Of a stretch of DNA of 25,366 nucleotides, positions 18,308-25,366 are shown in pieces. The stretch lies in assembly GCA_964529625.1 (NCBI GenBank), contig CAZGXD010000001.1:1-25366 (forward strand). The letters are read 5' to 3'. Origin of the DNA: an uncultured Muribaculaceae bacterium. GTDB lineage: Bacteria; Bacillota_I; Bacilli_A; RF39; UBA660. The first letter of the stretch is position 1, and each line of letters opens with the position of its first letter. The position numbers and the translations under genes are program-made. Under the pieces are notes generated by a model that saw nothing but the letters and a program-made list of their open reading frames with translations, had not been told where the DNA came from and ran no database searches.

Positions 18308-18706
18308 CTACCAAATATAAGCCAATACTTCGCCACCTAATGACTTTTCTCGAGCTTCTTTATCAGTAATAACACCTTTTGATGTTGAAATAATTGCTAT
18401 TCCTAAACCATTTAATACTCTCGGGATATCAGTTGCTTTAGCATAAACCCTTAACCCTGGTTTAGAAATTCTTTTTAGCCCTCTAATTACTTGTTCCTTT
18501 TTTGGCCCATATTTTAAATTTAATATAATAATATCTTGAATATTATCCTTTTTTATTTGATAATCATTTATAAAACCTTCTTCTTTTAAGATTCGGGCTA
18601 TTTCGATTTTCATTTTTGAAGCAGGTACTTTTACCTCATTTGCTCGCATTTGATTTGCATTACGAATTCTGGTAAGCATATCTGCGATTGGATCATTAAT
18701 TACCAT
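18308..18706 (-). CDS. rpsH: 30S ribosomal protein S8
   Basis: [36 protein letters not shown]. Confidence 0.99.
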   Translation of the reverse strand: MVINDPIADMLTRIRNANQMRANEVKVPASKMKIEIARILKEEGFINDYQIKKDNIQDIIILNLKYGPKKEQVIRGLKRISKPGLRVYAKATDIPRVLNGLGIAIISTSKGVITDKEAREKSLGGEVLAYIW

Positions 18707-18724
18707 AAATATCCTCCCTTCAAT

Positions 18725-18910
18725 TTACCAACTAGATTTTTTTACGCCTGGTATTTGTCCTTTATATGCTAATTCTCTAAAACAAATCCGACAAATTCCA
18801 TATTTTCTTAAAACAGCTCGTGGTCTTCCACATCTTTCACAACGTGAATAAGCACGTACTGCAAATTTTGGTTTTCTTTTTGCTTGTATAATTTTACTTT
18901 TTTTAGCCAT
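18725..18910 (-). CDS. rpsN: 30S ribosomal protein S14, zinc-binding type Z (61 aa)
   Basis: MAKKS...RCERCGRPR...[21 protein letters not shown]. Start moved to ATG 18910. Confidence 0.98.
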   Translation of the reverse strand: MAKKSKIIQAKRKPKFAVRAYSRCERCGRPRAVLRKYGICRICFRELAYKGQIPGVKKSSW

Positions 18911-18923
18911 AATTTCCTCCCTT

Positions 18924-19469
18924 TTAGAATTGTTTCCTAAATGGCATACCAAGACCGTTTAAGAGATTATACGCTTCTTCATTATTTTTGGCTGTTGTAA
19001 CAAAAACAATATCCATTCCACGTACTTTAACAACATTATCATATTCAATTTCTGAAAAAATCAATTGTTCATTTAAACCAAGGGTATAATTTCCTCTACC
19101 ATCAAAAGATTTTTCGGAAAGACCCCTAAAGTCCCTAACCCTAGGCAAAGCAATACTAATTAATTTGTCCAAAAAGTTATACATGTTATTTCCTCTTAAT
19201 GTTACTTTGCAACCAATCGCATTTCCTTCTCTAAGTTTAAAGCCTGCTATTGCCTTTTTAGCCCTAGTAACAACTGGTTTTTGACCGGTAATTGTTTCTA
19301 AATCATTCATTGCTCCTTCAATTAGCTTAGAATTATGAACAGCATCCCCAACTCCTATATTAATAACAATCTTTTCCAATTTAGGTACTTCCATAATTGA
19401 TTTATAATTACCTTGTTTCATTAACTCTTGTTTTATTTCTTTATTATATTTTTCTTTTAGGCGGTTCAT
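18924..19469 (-). CDS. rplE: 50S ribosomal protein L5
   Basis: [31 protein letters not shown]. Start moved to ATG 19469. Confidence 0.99.
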   Translation of the reverse strand: MNRLKEKYNKEIKQELMKQGNYKSIMEVPKLEKIVINIGVGDAVHNSKLIEGAMNDLETITGQKPVVTRAKKAIAGFKLREGNAIGCKVTLRGNNMYNFLDKLISIALPRVRDFRGLSEKSFDGRGNYTLGLNEQLIFSEIEYDNVVKVRGMDIVFVTTAKNNEEAYNLLNGLGMPFRKQF

Positions 19470-19487
19470 TATATCGCCTCCTTCCAA

Positions 19488-19796
19488 TTAATCAAGATTT
19501 ACCTCTGATGATTTACTGACTCTTATTTTTTTATTGTTTTTATCAATTGTATGTTTAATTTTAGTTCCTTTTTTGGTTTTAGGATCTAAAAACATAACAT
19601 TAGAAGCATCAATCGGAGCTTCCATTTCAATTATACTACCTGGATTTTGGCCATCTGACTTTTTATGCTTTTTAATTAAATTTATATTTTCAACAATAAC
19701 TTTATTTTCAGATTTTAATATTTTTGTTATTCTGCCTTCTTTTCCTTTATCTTTACCAGCAATAATAATTACTTTATCTCCCTTTTTTAATTTCAT
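19488..19796 (-). CDS. rplX: 50S ribosomal protein L24
   Basis: KKGDKVIIIAGKDKGKEG (KOW), EAPIDASNV. Confidence 0.98.
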   Translation of the reverse strand: MKLKKGDKVIIIAGKDKGKEGRITKILKSENKVIVENINLIKKHKKSDGQNPGSIIEMEAPIDASNVMFLDPKTKKGTKIKHTIDKNNKKIRVSKSSEVNLD

Positions 19797-19805
19797 TTTT
19801 TCCTC

Positions 19806-20174
19806 CTATAACACTTCTTTAGCAAGTGATATAATTTTCATATAATTTTTATCACGTAGTTCACGAGCAACCGGTCCAAAAATACGAGTTCCAACGGGTC
19901 CTTTATCATCTTTAATAATAACACAAGCATTATCATCAAATTTAATATAAGATCCATCTTCCCTTCTTAAACCAAACTTACTTCTAACAATAACAGCTTT
20001 AACTATTTTTCCTTTTTCTATTGTTCCATTGGGAATCGCTTTTTTTACTGTTCCAACTACTATATCTCCAATATTTCCAGCCTTAATTCCACTACTTCCT
20101 AAAACACGAATCACTAATAATTCACGAGCTCCGGAATTATCAGCAACTTTTAATCGACTTTCTTGCTGAATCAT
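19806..20174 (-). CDS. rplN: 50S ribosomal protein L14
   Basis: [36 protein letters not shown]. Confidence 0.99.
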   Translation of the reverse strand: MIQQESRLKVADNSGARELLVIRVLGSSGIKAGNIGDIVVGTVKKAIPNGTIEKGKIVKAVIVRSKFGLRREDGSYIKFDDNACVIIKDDKGPVGTRIFGPVARELRDKNYMKIISLAKEVL

Positions 20175-20202
20175 ATATTAAATCCTCCTTATCCATTTAC
20201 AA

Positions 20203-20463
20203 TTATATAATAATCGCTTTTTCTATTATTTCTACTAAGCGAAAATGTTTTGTTTTTGATAATGGTCTAGTGCTTATTATCTTAACTTTATCTCCTACTT
20301 TAGCTTCATTTTTTTCATCATGAGCACTGTATTTTTTAGAACGTTTAACACGTTTCCCATATAATTTATCTATTTTATAATTTTCCACTAAAACGGTAAT
20401 TGTTTTTTCACCTTTAGCACTAATAACTTTTCCTATTAATTCTTGAGTTCTTTTATTTTTCAT
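20203..20463 (-). CDS. rpsQ: 30S ribosomal protein S17
   Basis: [30 protein letters not shown]. Confidence 0.98.
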   Translation of the reverse strand: MKNKRTQELIGKVISAKGEKTITVLVENYKIDKLYGKRVKRSKKYSAHDEKNEAKVGDKVKIISTRPLSKTKHFRLVEIIEKAIII

Positions 20464-20473
20464 AATGCTCTCC

Positions 20474-20671
20474 TTAATTTTCCTTTAATTCACGTTCACG
20501 CAAAATGGTTTTCATACGAGCGACTAATTTTCTTAATTCCCTAATTCGAGATGGTTTTTCAAGATTTCCAGTTGCTTGACTAAAACGCAAATTAAATAAT
20601 TCTTCTTTATATTCTTCTACTTTTTTGGTGATTTCTTCATTAGAAAGTTTTCTAATTTCTTCAATTTTCAT
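20474..20671 (-). CDS. rpmC: 50S ribosomal protein L29
   Basis: [31 protein letters not shown]. Start moved to ATG 20671, overlapping the rplP end. Confidence 0.97.
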   Translation of the reverse strand: MKIEEIRKLSNEEITKKVEEYKEELFNLRFSQATGNLEKPSRIRELRKLVARMKTILRERELKEN

Positions 20672-21092
20672 TACCTTCACCACTTTCTTTTTTTACAAAT
20701 TTACATTTGATTGGTAATTTATGCATTGCTAAACGAAGGGCTTCACGAGCAACGGCTTCACTAACCCCATCTACTTCAAACATAATTTTTCCAGCTTTAA
20801 CAACTGCTACCCATTTATCTGGTGAACCTTTTCCTTTTCCCATTCTAGTTTCTAAAGGAATACTTGTTAATGATAAATGAGGGAAAATATTAATCCATAC
20901 TTTTCCGCCCCGTTTCATATAACGAGTCATTGCTACTCTAGCTGCTTCAATTTGTTGTTGGGTAATCCAAGCCCCTTCCATAGCCCTTAATCCATATGAT
21001 CCAAAATGAAGTTCTAAATTACCTTTAGATTTTCCTTCATAACTAATCCGATGGGGCTTACGATACTTTGTCTTTTTTGGTATTACTGCCAT
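20661..21092 (-). CDS. rplP: 50S ribosomal protein L16
   Basis: [34 protein letters not shown]. Start moved to ATG 21092. Confidence 0.98.
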   Translation of the reverse strand: MAVIPKKTKYRKPHRISYEGKSKGNLELHFGSYGLRAMEGAWITQQQIEAARVAMTRYMKRGGKVWINIFPHLSLTSIPLETRMGKGKGSPDKWVAVVKAGKIMFEVDGVSEAVAREALRLAMHKLPIKCKFVKKESGEGNEN

Positions 21093-21747
21093 CTGTATTA
21101 CCCCCCTTATTTTTCTTTTCGGGAAGAATTTCTCCTTTATAAATCCATACTTTAACCCCGATTTTTCCAAATGATGTATCAGCTTCCTTATGAGCATAAT
21201 CAATGTCTGCTCTTAAAGTATGAAGAGGAATTGTTCCTTCAGTATAACCTTCTGTTCTAGCCATATCAGCGCCCCCTAAACGACCAGAAACTGATGTTTT
21301 TATTCCTTTTGCTCCCGCTTTTAATGTATTTCTAATTGCCCTTTTTTGAGCAATACGAAAAGAAACACGATTTTCAATTTGTTTAGCTATATTTTCAGCA
21401 ACAAGGTTTGCATCAAGATTAGGATTTTTTATTTCCATTATTGAAATTTGAATATTTTCATCAACTAATTTAGTTAGTTTTTTTCTTGTTTTTTCTATTT
21501 CTTCACCATTACGACCAATTATAACACCTGGTTTAGCTGTATTAATAATTACTTCAGTTTTTTTTGAATTTCGTTCAATTAAAACACTTGAAACTGAGGC
21601 ATCTTTTAATTTTTTATCTAAATATTCACGTATTTTTATATCTTTAATTAAATATTTAGAAAAATCTTTATTATCTGCATACCATTTAGATTGCCAATCT
21701 TTATTAATACCTACTCTAAGTCCTATTGGACTAACTTTTTGTCCCAT
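21058..21747 (-). CDS. rpsC: 30S ribosomal protein S3
   Basis: [53 protein letters not shown]. Confidence 0.99.
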   Translation of the reverse strand: MGQKVSPIGLRVGINKDWQSKWYADNKDFSKYLIKDIKIREYLDKKLKDASVSSVLIERNSKKTEVIINTAKPGVIIGRNGEEIEKTRKKLTKLVDENIQISIMEIKNPNLDANLVAENIAKQIENRVSFRIAQKRAIRNTLKAGAKGIKTSVSGRLGGADMARTEGYTEGTIPLHTLRADIDYAHKEADTSFGKIGVKVWIYKGEILPEKKNKGGNTDGSNTKKDKVS

Positions 21748-21759
21748 CAGTTTCCTCCT

Positions 21760-22098
21760 TTATTTATTTTCATCACTTACTATTATTGTAATATGACTGG
21801 TTCTCTTTTTTATTGGATCTATATGTCCTCGAGAACCAAATCTCATTCTTTTTAAAGTTTTTCCTTCATCTATAACAGCTTTTTTGACTATTAATTTTTC
21901 TTTTTCTAATTCATAATTATTTTCAGCGTTGGCTACTGTTGAAACTAGCACTTTATAAATTAATTTTGATGCTTTTTGATTTAAATTTTTCAAAATAACC
22001 TCTGCTTCTTCTACTTTTTTATTTCTTATTAAATCTATCACTAAACGAGCTTTACGAGGTCCAATTCTAACGCCTTTGGCAACCGCTTTCACTTCCAT
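21760..22098 (-). CDS. rplV: 50S ribosomal protein L22
   Basis: PRKARLVIDLIR, ANAENN, KRTSHITI. Start moved to ATG 22098. Confidence 0.98.
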   Translation of the reverse strand: MEVKAVAKGVRIGPRKARLVIDLIRNKKVEEAEVILKNLNQKASKLIYKVLVSTVANAENNYELEKEKLIVKKAVIDEGKTLKRMRFGSRGHIDPIKKRTSHITIIVSDENK

Positions 22099-22120
22099 TT
22101 TAGTCCTCCTCCCTGGGCTT

Positions 22121-22396
22121 TTATTTTTGTTGCTTTTTAGTACCACTATGCCCAACAAATTTTCTTGTTGGTGCGAATTCTCCTAATTTATGTCCAACCA
22201 TATCCTCTGTTACATAAACAGGAATAAATTCCCTACCATTATGAACAGCAAAGGTATGCCCTATAAAGTCAGGATAAATCGTTGAACGGCGGGACCATGT
22301 TTTAATAACTTCTTTTTTTGATGAACTATTAACCTTTTTTACTTTATTCATTAAATGTTTATCAATAAAGGGTCCTTTTTTTAAACTTCTTGCCAT
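22121..22396 (-). CDS. rpsS: 30S ribosomal protein S19
   Basis: [28 protein letters not shown]. Confidence 0.99.
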   Translation of the reverse strand: MARSLKKGPFIDKHLMNKVKKVNSSSKKEVIKTWSRRSTIYPDFIGHTFAVHNGREFIPVYVTEDMVGHKLGEFAPTRKFVGHSGTKKQQK

Positions 22397-22413
22397 TTAA
22401 ACCATCCTTTCAA

Positions 22414-23244
22414 TTATTTTTTACGACGACGAACTATTAAACTATTTGATGCTTTTTTCTTACTACGAGTTTTTAAACCTAATGTTGGTTTTCCCCATGG
22501 AGTTACTGGTGATTTTCTTCCGATTGGTGCTTTTCCTTCTCCACCACCATGAGGGTGATCACAAGGGTTCATTGCCGAACCACGAACCGTTGGTCTTATT
22601 CCTAAATGTCTTTTCCGACCAGCTTTTCCTAGATTAACTAATTCATAATCTTTATTCCCTACTTCTCCTATTGTCGCTCGACAAACTCCTAAAACTTTCC
22701 GAACTTCTCCACTTCTTAAACGAAGTAAAGTATATTTACCTTCATGGCTCAAAATTTGAATTGCTGACCCGGCAGAACGTCCTAGTTGTGCTCCCTTTTG
22801 AGGTTTTAGTTCAACATTATGAACAGTTGTTCCTTCGGGAATATTTTTAAGTGGTAAACAATTTCCTATTTTAATATCAACATTTTCACCACTGATAATT
22901 TTATCGCCTACTTTTAATTTATTAGGTGCAATAATATATCTTTTTTCACCATCAATATAATTTATTAAAGCAATATGAGCGGTTCTATTTGGATCATACT
23001 CAATGGTTGCTACGGTTCCTAAAATATTATCTTTATCTCTTTTAAAATCAATAATTCGATATTTTCTTTTAGCCCCACCACCACGATGTCTAGTTGTAAT
23101 TTTTCCTTGATTATTACGACCACCCGTTTTTTTAATTGGTGCTATTAATGATTTTTCGGGAGATGTTTTAGTAATTTCTTTATTTGAGACAGTAGTCATT
23201 CCCCGCCTACCACTAGTTACAGGTTTATACGATTTTATTGCCAT
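22414..23244 (-). CDS. rplB: 50S ribosomal protein L2
   Basis: [40 protein letters not shown]. Confidence 0.99.
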   Translation of the reverse strand: MAIKSYKPVTSGRRGMTTVSNKEITKTSPEKSLIAPIKKTGGRNNQGKITTRHRGGGAKRKYRIIDFKRDKDNILGTVATIEYDPNRTAHIALINYIDGEKRYIIAPNKLKVGDKIISGENVDIKIGNCLPLKNIPEGTTVHNVELKPQKGAQLGRSAGSAIQILSHEGKYTLLRLRSGEVRKVLGVCRATIGEVGNKDYELVNLGKAGRKRHLGIRPTVRGSAMNPCDHPHGGGEGKAPIGRKSPVTPWGKPTLGLKTRSKKKASNSLIVRRRKK

Positions 23245-23263
23245 ACTAATCCTCCTTTAAATT

Positions 23264-23545
23264 TTAAAATTCAATTGAACTTCCTTCACTTAGTTTAACC
23301 ATGGCTTTTTTTACTTTATTTGTTTTACCATAATATTGGCCAACCCTTTTTTTCTTTGGATTGACATTGATAATATTAACATTTTCTACTTTAACTTTAA
23401 ATATTTGTTCGATTGCTTGTTTTATTTGAGTTTTATTCGCTCTTATATCAACACTAAAAGTATAAACATTATTATCACGAATTAAATCATTACTTTTTTC
23501 AGTAATAATTGGTGCTTTAATAACATCCCTATAATTACTTATCAT
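23264..23545 (-). CDS. rplW: 50S ribosomal protein L23
   Basis: [25 protein letters not shown]. Confidence 0.97.
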   Translation of the reverse strand: MISNYRDVIKAPIITEKSNDLIRDNNVYTFSVDIRANKTQIKQAIEQIFKVKVENVNIINVNPKKKRVGQYYGKTNKVKKAMVKLSEGSSIEF

Positions 23546-24171
23546 TAAACAAGCACCTCCTCTATCCTCTTTATCGTTTCAACTGTAACAAGCATCTTTT
23601 CTGCCCAGATGATATCTAAAGTATTAATTTCATTAACCTGTAACAACTGGATATTTTTTAAATTTCTAGTTGCTAAAATTAAATTATCAGTTAATTCAGA
23701 AACAACAATTAAGGTTTTTTCATTTATAATTCCTATTTTTTCAAGTTTACTTATCATTTCTTTTGTTTTATAATTTTCAATATCAAAATCATTAATTATT
23801 ATCAATTCATTATTTAAAACTTTATAAGTTAAAGCTGATTTAAGGGCTAAGGCCCTTTCTTTACGATTCATTTTTTTACTATAATTTCTTGGAGTTGGAC
23901 CAAAAACAGTTCCACCACCGACCCAAATCGGTGATCTAATACTTCCATGACGAGCTCTTCCTGTTCCCTTTTGACGCCAAGGTTTGCGCCCGCCCCCTCT
24001 TACTTCACTACGGGTTTTGGTTGAATGAGTTCCTTGTCTTTGTGCATTTCTACTTAATTTAATTGCATCATATAAAACAACATCATTCGGTTTGATTCTC
24101 CAAATTTTTTCATTTAAGGTAATTTCATTTATTTTTTCACCATTTATATTTAATACTGATATTTTACTCAT
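23545..24171 (-). CDS. rplD: 50S ribosomal protein L4
   Basis: [41 protein letters not shown]. Confidence 0.99.
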   Translation of the reverse strand: MSKISVLNINGEKINEITLNEKIWRIKPNDVVLYDAIKLSRNAQRQGTHSTKTRSEVRGGGRKPWRQKGTGRARHGSIRSPIWVGGGTVFGPTPRNYSKKMNRKERALALKSALTYKVLNNELIIINDFDIENYKTKEMISKLEKIGIINEKTLIVVSELTDNLILATRNLKNIQLLQVNEINTLDIIWAEKMLVTVETIKRIEEVLV

Positions 24172-24183
24172 ATATATAACCTC

Positions 24184-24882
24184 CTATTGATTTTCCAATC
24201 TTTCTACAGGTTTTTCATTATTATAAAAGTTAAGCTCATCCTTTTTATTAATTACTCCTGGTTTTTTTATAGCAGTTTTAATTACCACCAATGATTTTTT
24301 AGGTCCTGGGACATTACCTTTTATTAAAAGAACATTATTTTCTAAATCAATTTTTACTATTTCAAGATTTTGAATCGTAATTTTATTTGAACCCATATGC
24401 CCTGGTAATTTCATTCCTTTAAAAACACGCATTTGTCCGACTGAACCTCTTGAACCTGGTTTTCTATGAAAATGAGAACCATGACTCATCGGACCCATAG
24501 CATATTTATGTCGTTTTATAACACCTTGAAAACCTTTTCCCTTACTTATTCCCGTTACATCAACAGCTTCCCCTTCAGTAAAAATATCTACTTTCACTTC
24601 TTGACCTAAATTATATTCAGCTATATTAACATCTCTAATTTCTCTAAAGAAGCGCTTAGGAGTAGTCTTTGCTTTATTAGTATGACCAATTGAAGGTTTG
24701 GTTGCTAATTTTTCTCTTTTAGTGCTAAATCCTAATTGAATAGCGTTATAACCATCGGTTTCAATTGATTTTATTTGAGTAACTATATTAGGTTCAACTA
24801 AAACTACAGTTACAGGAATTAACTTTCCACTTTTAGTAAAAACCTGAGTCATTCCAATTTTACGACCTAAGATTCCTTTCAT
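24184..24882 (-). CDS. rplC: 50S ribosomal protein L3 with C-terminal extension
   Basis: [37 protein letters not shown]. Confidence 0.99.
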   Translation of the reverse strand: MKGILGRKIGMTQVFTKSGKLIPVTVVLVEPNIVTQIKSIETDGYNAIQLGFSTKREKLATKPSIGHTNKAKTTPKRFFREIRDVNIAEYNLGQEVKVDIFTEGEAVDVTGISKGKGFQGVIKRHKYAMGPMSHGSHFHRKPGSRGSVGQMRVFKGMKLPGHMGSNKITIQNLEIVKIDLENNVLLIKGNVPGPKKSLVVIKTAIKKPGVINKKDELNFYNNEKPVERLENQ

Positions 24883-24900
24883 AATTTTCCTCCTACTTTT

Positions 24901-25209
24901 TTATAATTTTATTTTAATATCAACACCACTTGGAATATCAAAATGAGTTAAAGCCTCAATCGTTTCCTTACTTGGATTATTAATATCAATTAATCTTTTA
25001 TGAGTTCTTTTTTCAAATTGTTCTTGGGCATCTTTGTATATATGAACAGCCCTTAAAATAGTTATTTTTTCTATTTCAGTTGGTAGTGGAACGGGACCAC
25101 TAATCTCTCCACCTGTTCTTTTTACAGTTTGAATTATTTTCGCACAAGTTGCATCTAAACTTTTATGTTCAAATGACTTTAATTTAATACGAACCCTTCC
25201 TTTTGCCAT
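24901..25209 (-). CDS. rpsJ: 30S ribosomal protein S10
   Basis: [34 protein letters not shown]. Start moved to ATG 25209 after SD GGGAGG. Confidence 0.99.
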   Translation of the reverse strand: MAKGRVRIKLKSFEHKSLDATCAKIIQTVKRTGGEISGPVPLPTEIEKITILRAVHIYKDAQEQFEKRTHKRLIDINNPSKETIEALTHFDIPSGVDIKIKL

Positions 25210-25330
25210 TTTTTCCTCCCTTCGCCCACATCTCGTGTAGACTAGCTCCGTGTAAATACTCAACACACCTTTAAATTGTTATCAACTCAACCTGGCGTAT
25301 CAACAACCTTACACATCAATGCCAGACACC
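25210..25330 (-). ncRNA. Structured S10 (rpsJ) operon 5' leader, Firmicutes type
   Basis: Long helix (GTGTAA 25314-25309 with TTACAC 25255-25250, and TTGATACGCC with GGTGTGTTGA) plus an SD-proximal hairpin GTCTACA-CGAGA-TGTGGGC. The elements TGATG..AGGTTG and CACGGAG..GTCT..GGCGAA resemble the B. subtilis rpsJ leader as I recall it. Confidence 0.7.
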
Positions 25331-25336
25331 TTTTAA

Positions 25337-25365
25337 ATTATACACATATATTATATGTAATGCAA
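25337..25365 (-). promoter_or_regulatory. sigmaA promoter of the S10-spc-alpha operon
   Basis: TTGCAT (25365-25360), 17-bp spacer, TATAAT (25342-25337). Confidence 0.85.
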
Positions 25366-25366
25366 G

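Noticed and set aside
11365-22637. Plus-strand ORFs within the ribosomal superoperon (11365, 12915, 14124, 14881, 17071, 17910, 19534, 22446)
   Set aside because: All are antisense to highly conserved genes, the usual codon-bias artefact.
3116-25266. Upstream start extensions in the ORF track (infB, nusA, ATPase, rpoA, map, rplO, rpsN, rplE, rpmC, rplP, rplV, rpsJ)
   Set aside because: They overlap upstream genes or leaders, or use the GTG within the SD itself. Downstream starts have proper SD spacing and family-typical N-termini.
1-25366. CRISPR arrays, IS elements, tRNA/rRNA genes, att sites
   Set aside because: No regularly spaced repeats, transposase or integrase ORFs, or cloverleaf/rRNA motifs were seen. 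All intergenic gaps are short and explained by promoters, leaders or terminators.

Overview
AT-rich Bacillota (Firmicutes)-type chromosomal window using genetic code 11 (TGA is a stop, Trp is TGG), most consistent with a genome-reduced Bacilli lineage (inference). About 60% is the minus-strand S10-spc-alpha ribosomal superoperon (rpsJ to rplQ, with secY, adk, map, infA, rpoA), with a sigmaA promoter, a structured S10 leader and a terminator. rpmD (L30) is absent from its usual slot. Downstream on the minus strand are an SDR oxidoreductase and a PMCA-like Ca2+ P-type ATPase. Three plus-strand genes follow: a C5-cytosine DNA methyltransferase, a CPBP/CAAX protease and a YkuE-like metallophosphoesterase. 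The left end holds a trimmed rimP-nusA-ylxR-infB-rbfA operon and a patatin gene cut by the window edge. The most interesting items are (1) a solitary methyltransferase whose target-recognition region resembles M.AluI (AGCT), with no restriction partner beside it and no local AGCT avoidance, (2) an 84-aa RimP lacking its C-terminal domain, behind a leader hairpin carrying an SD+GTG that opens a 22-codon uORF, and (3) loss of L30 from the spc operon. No mobile element, CRISPR array, tRNA or rRNA was seen. Several starts were moved from the ORF track to better SD-supported codons.
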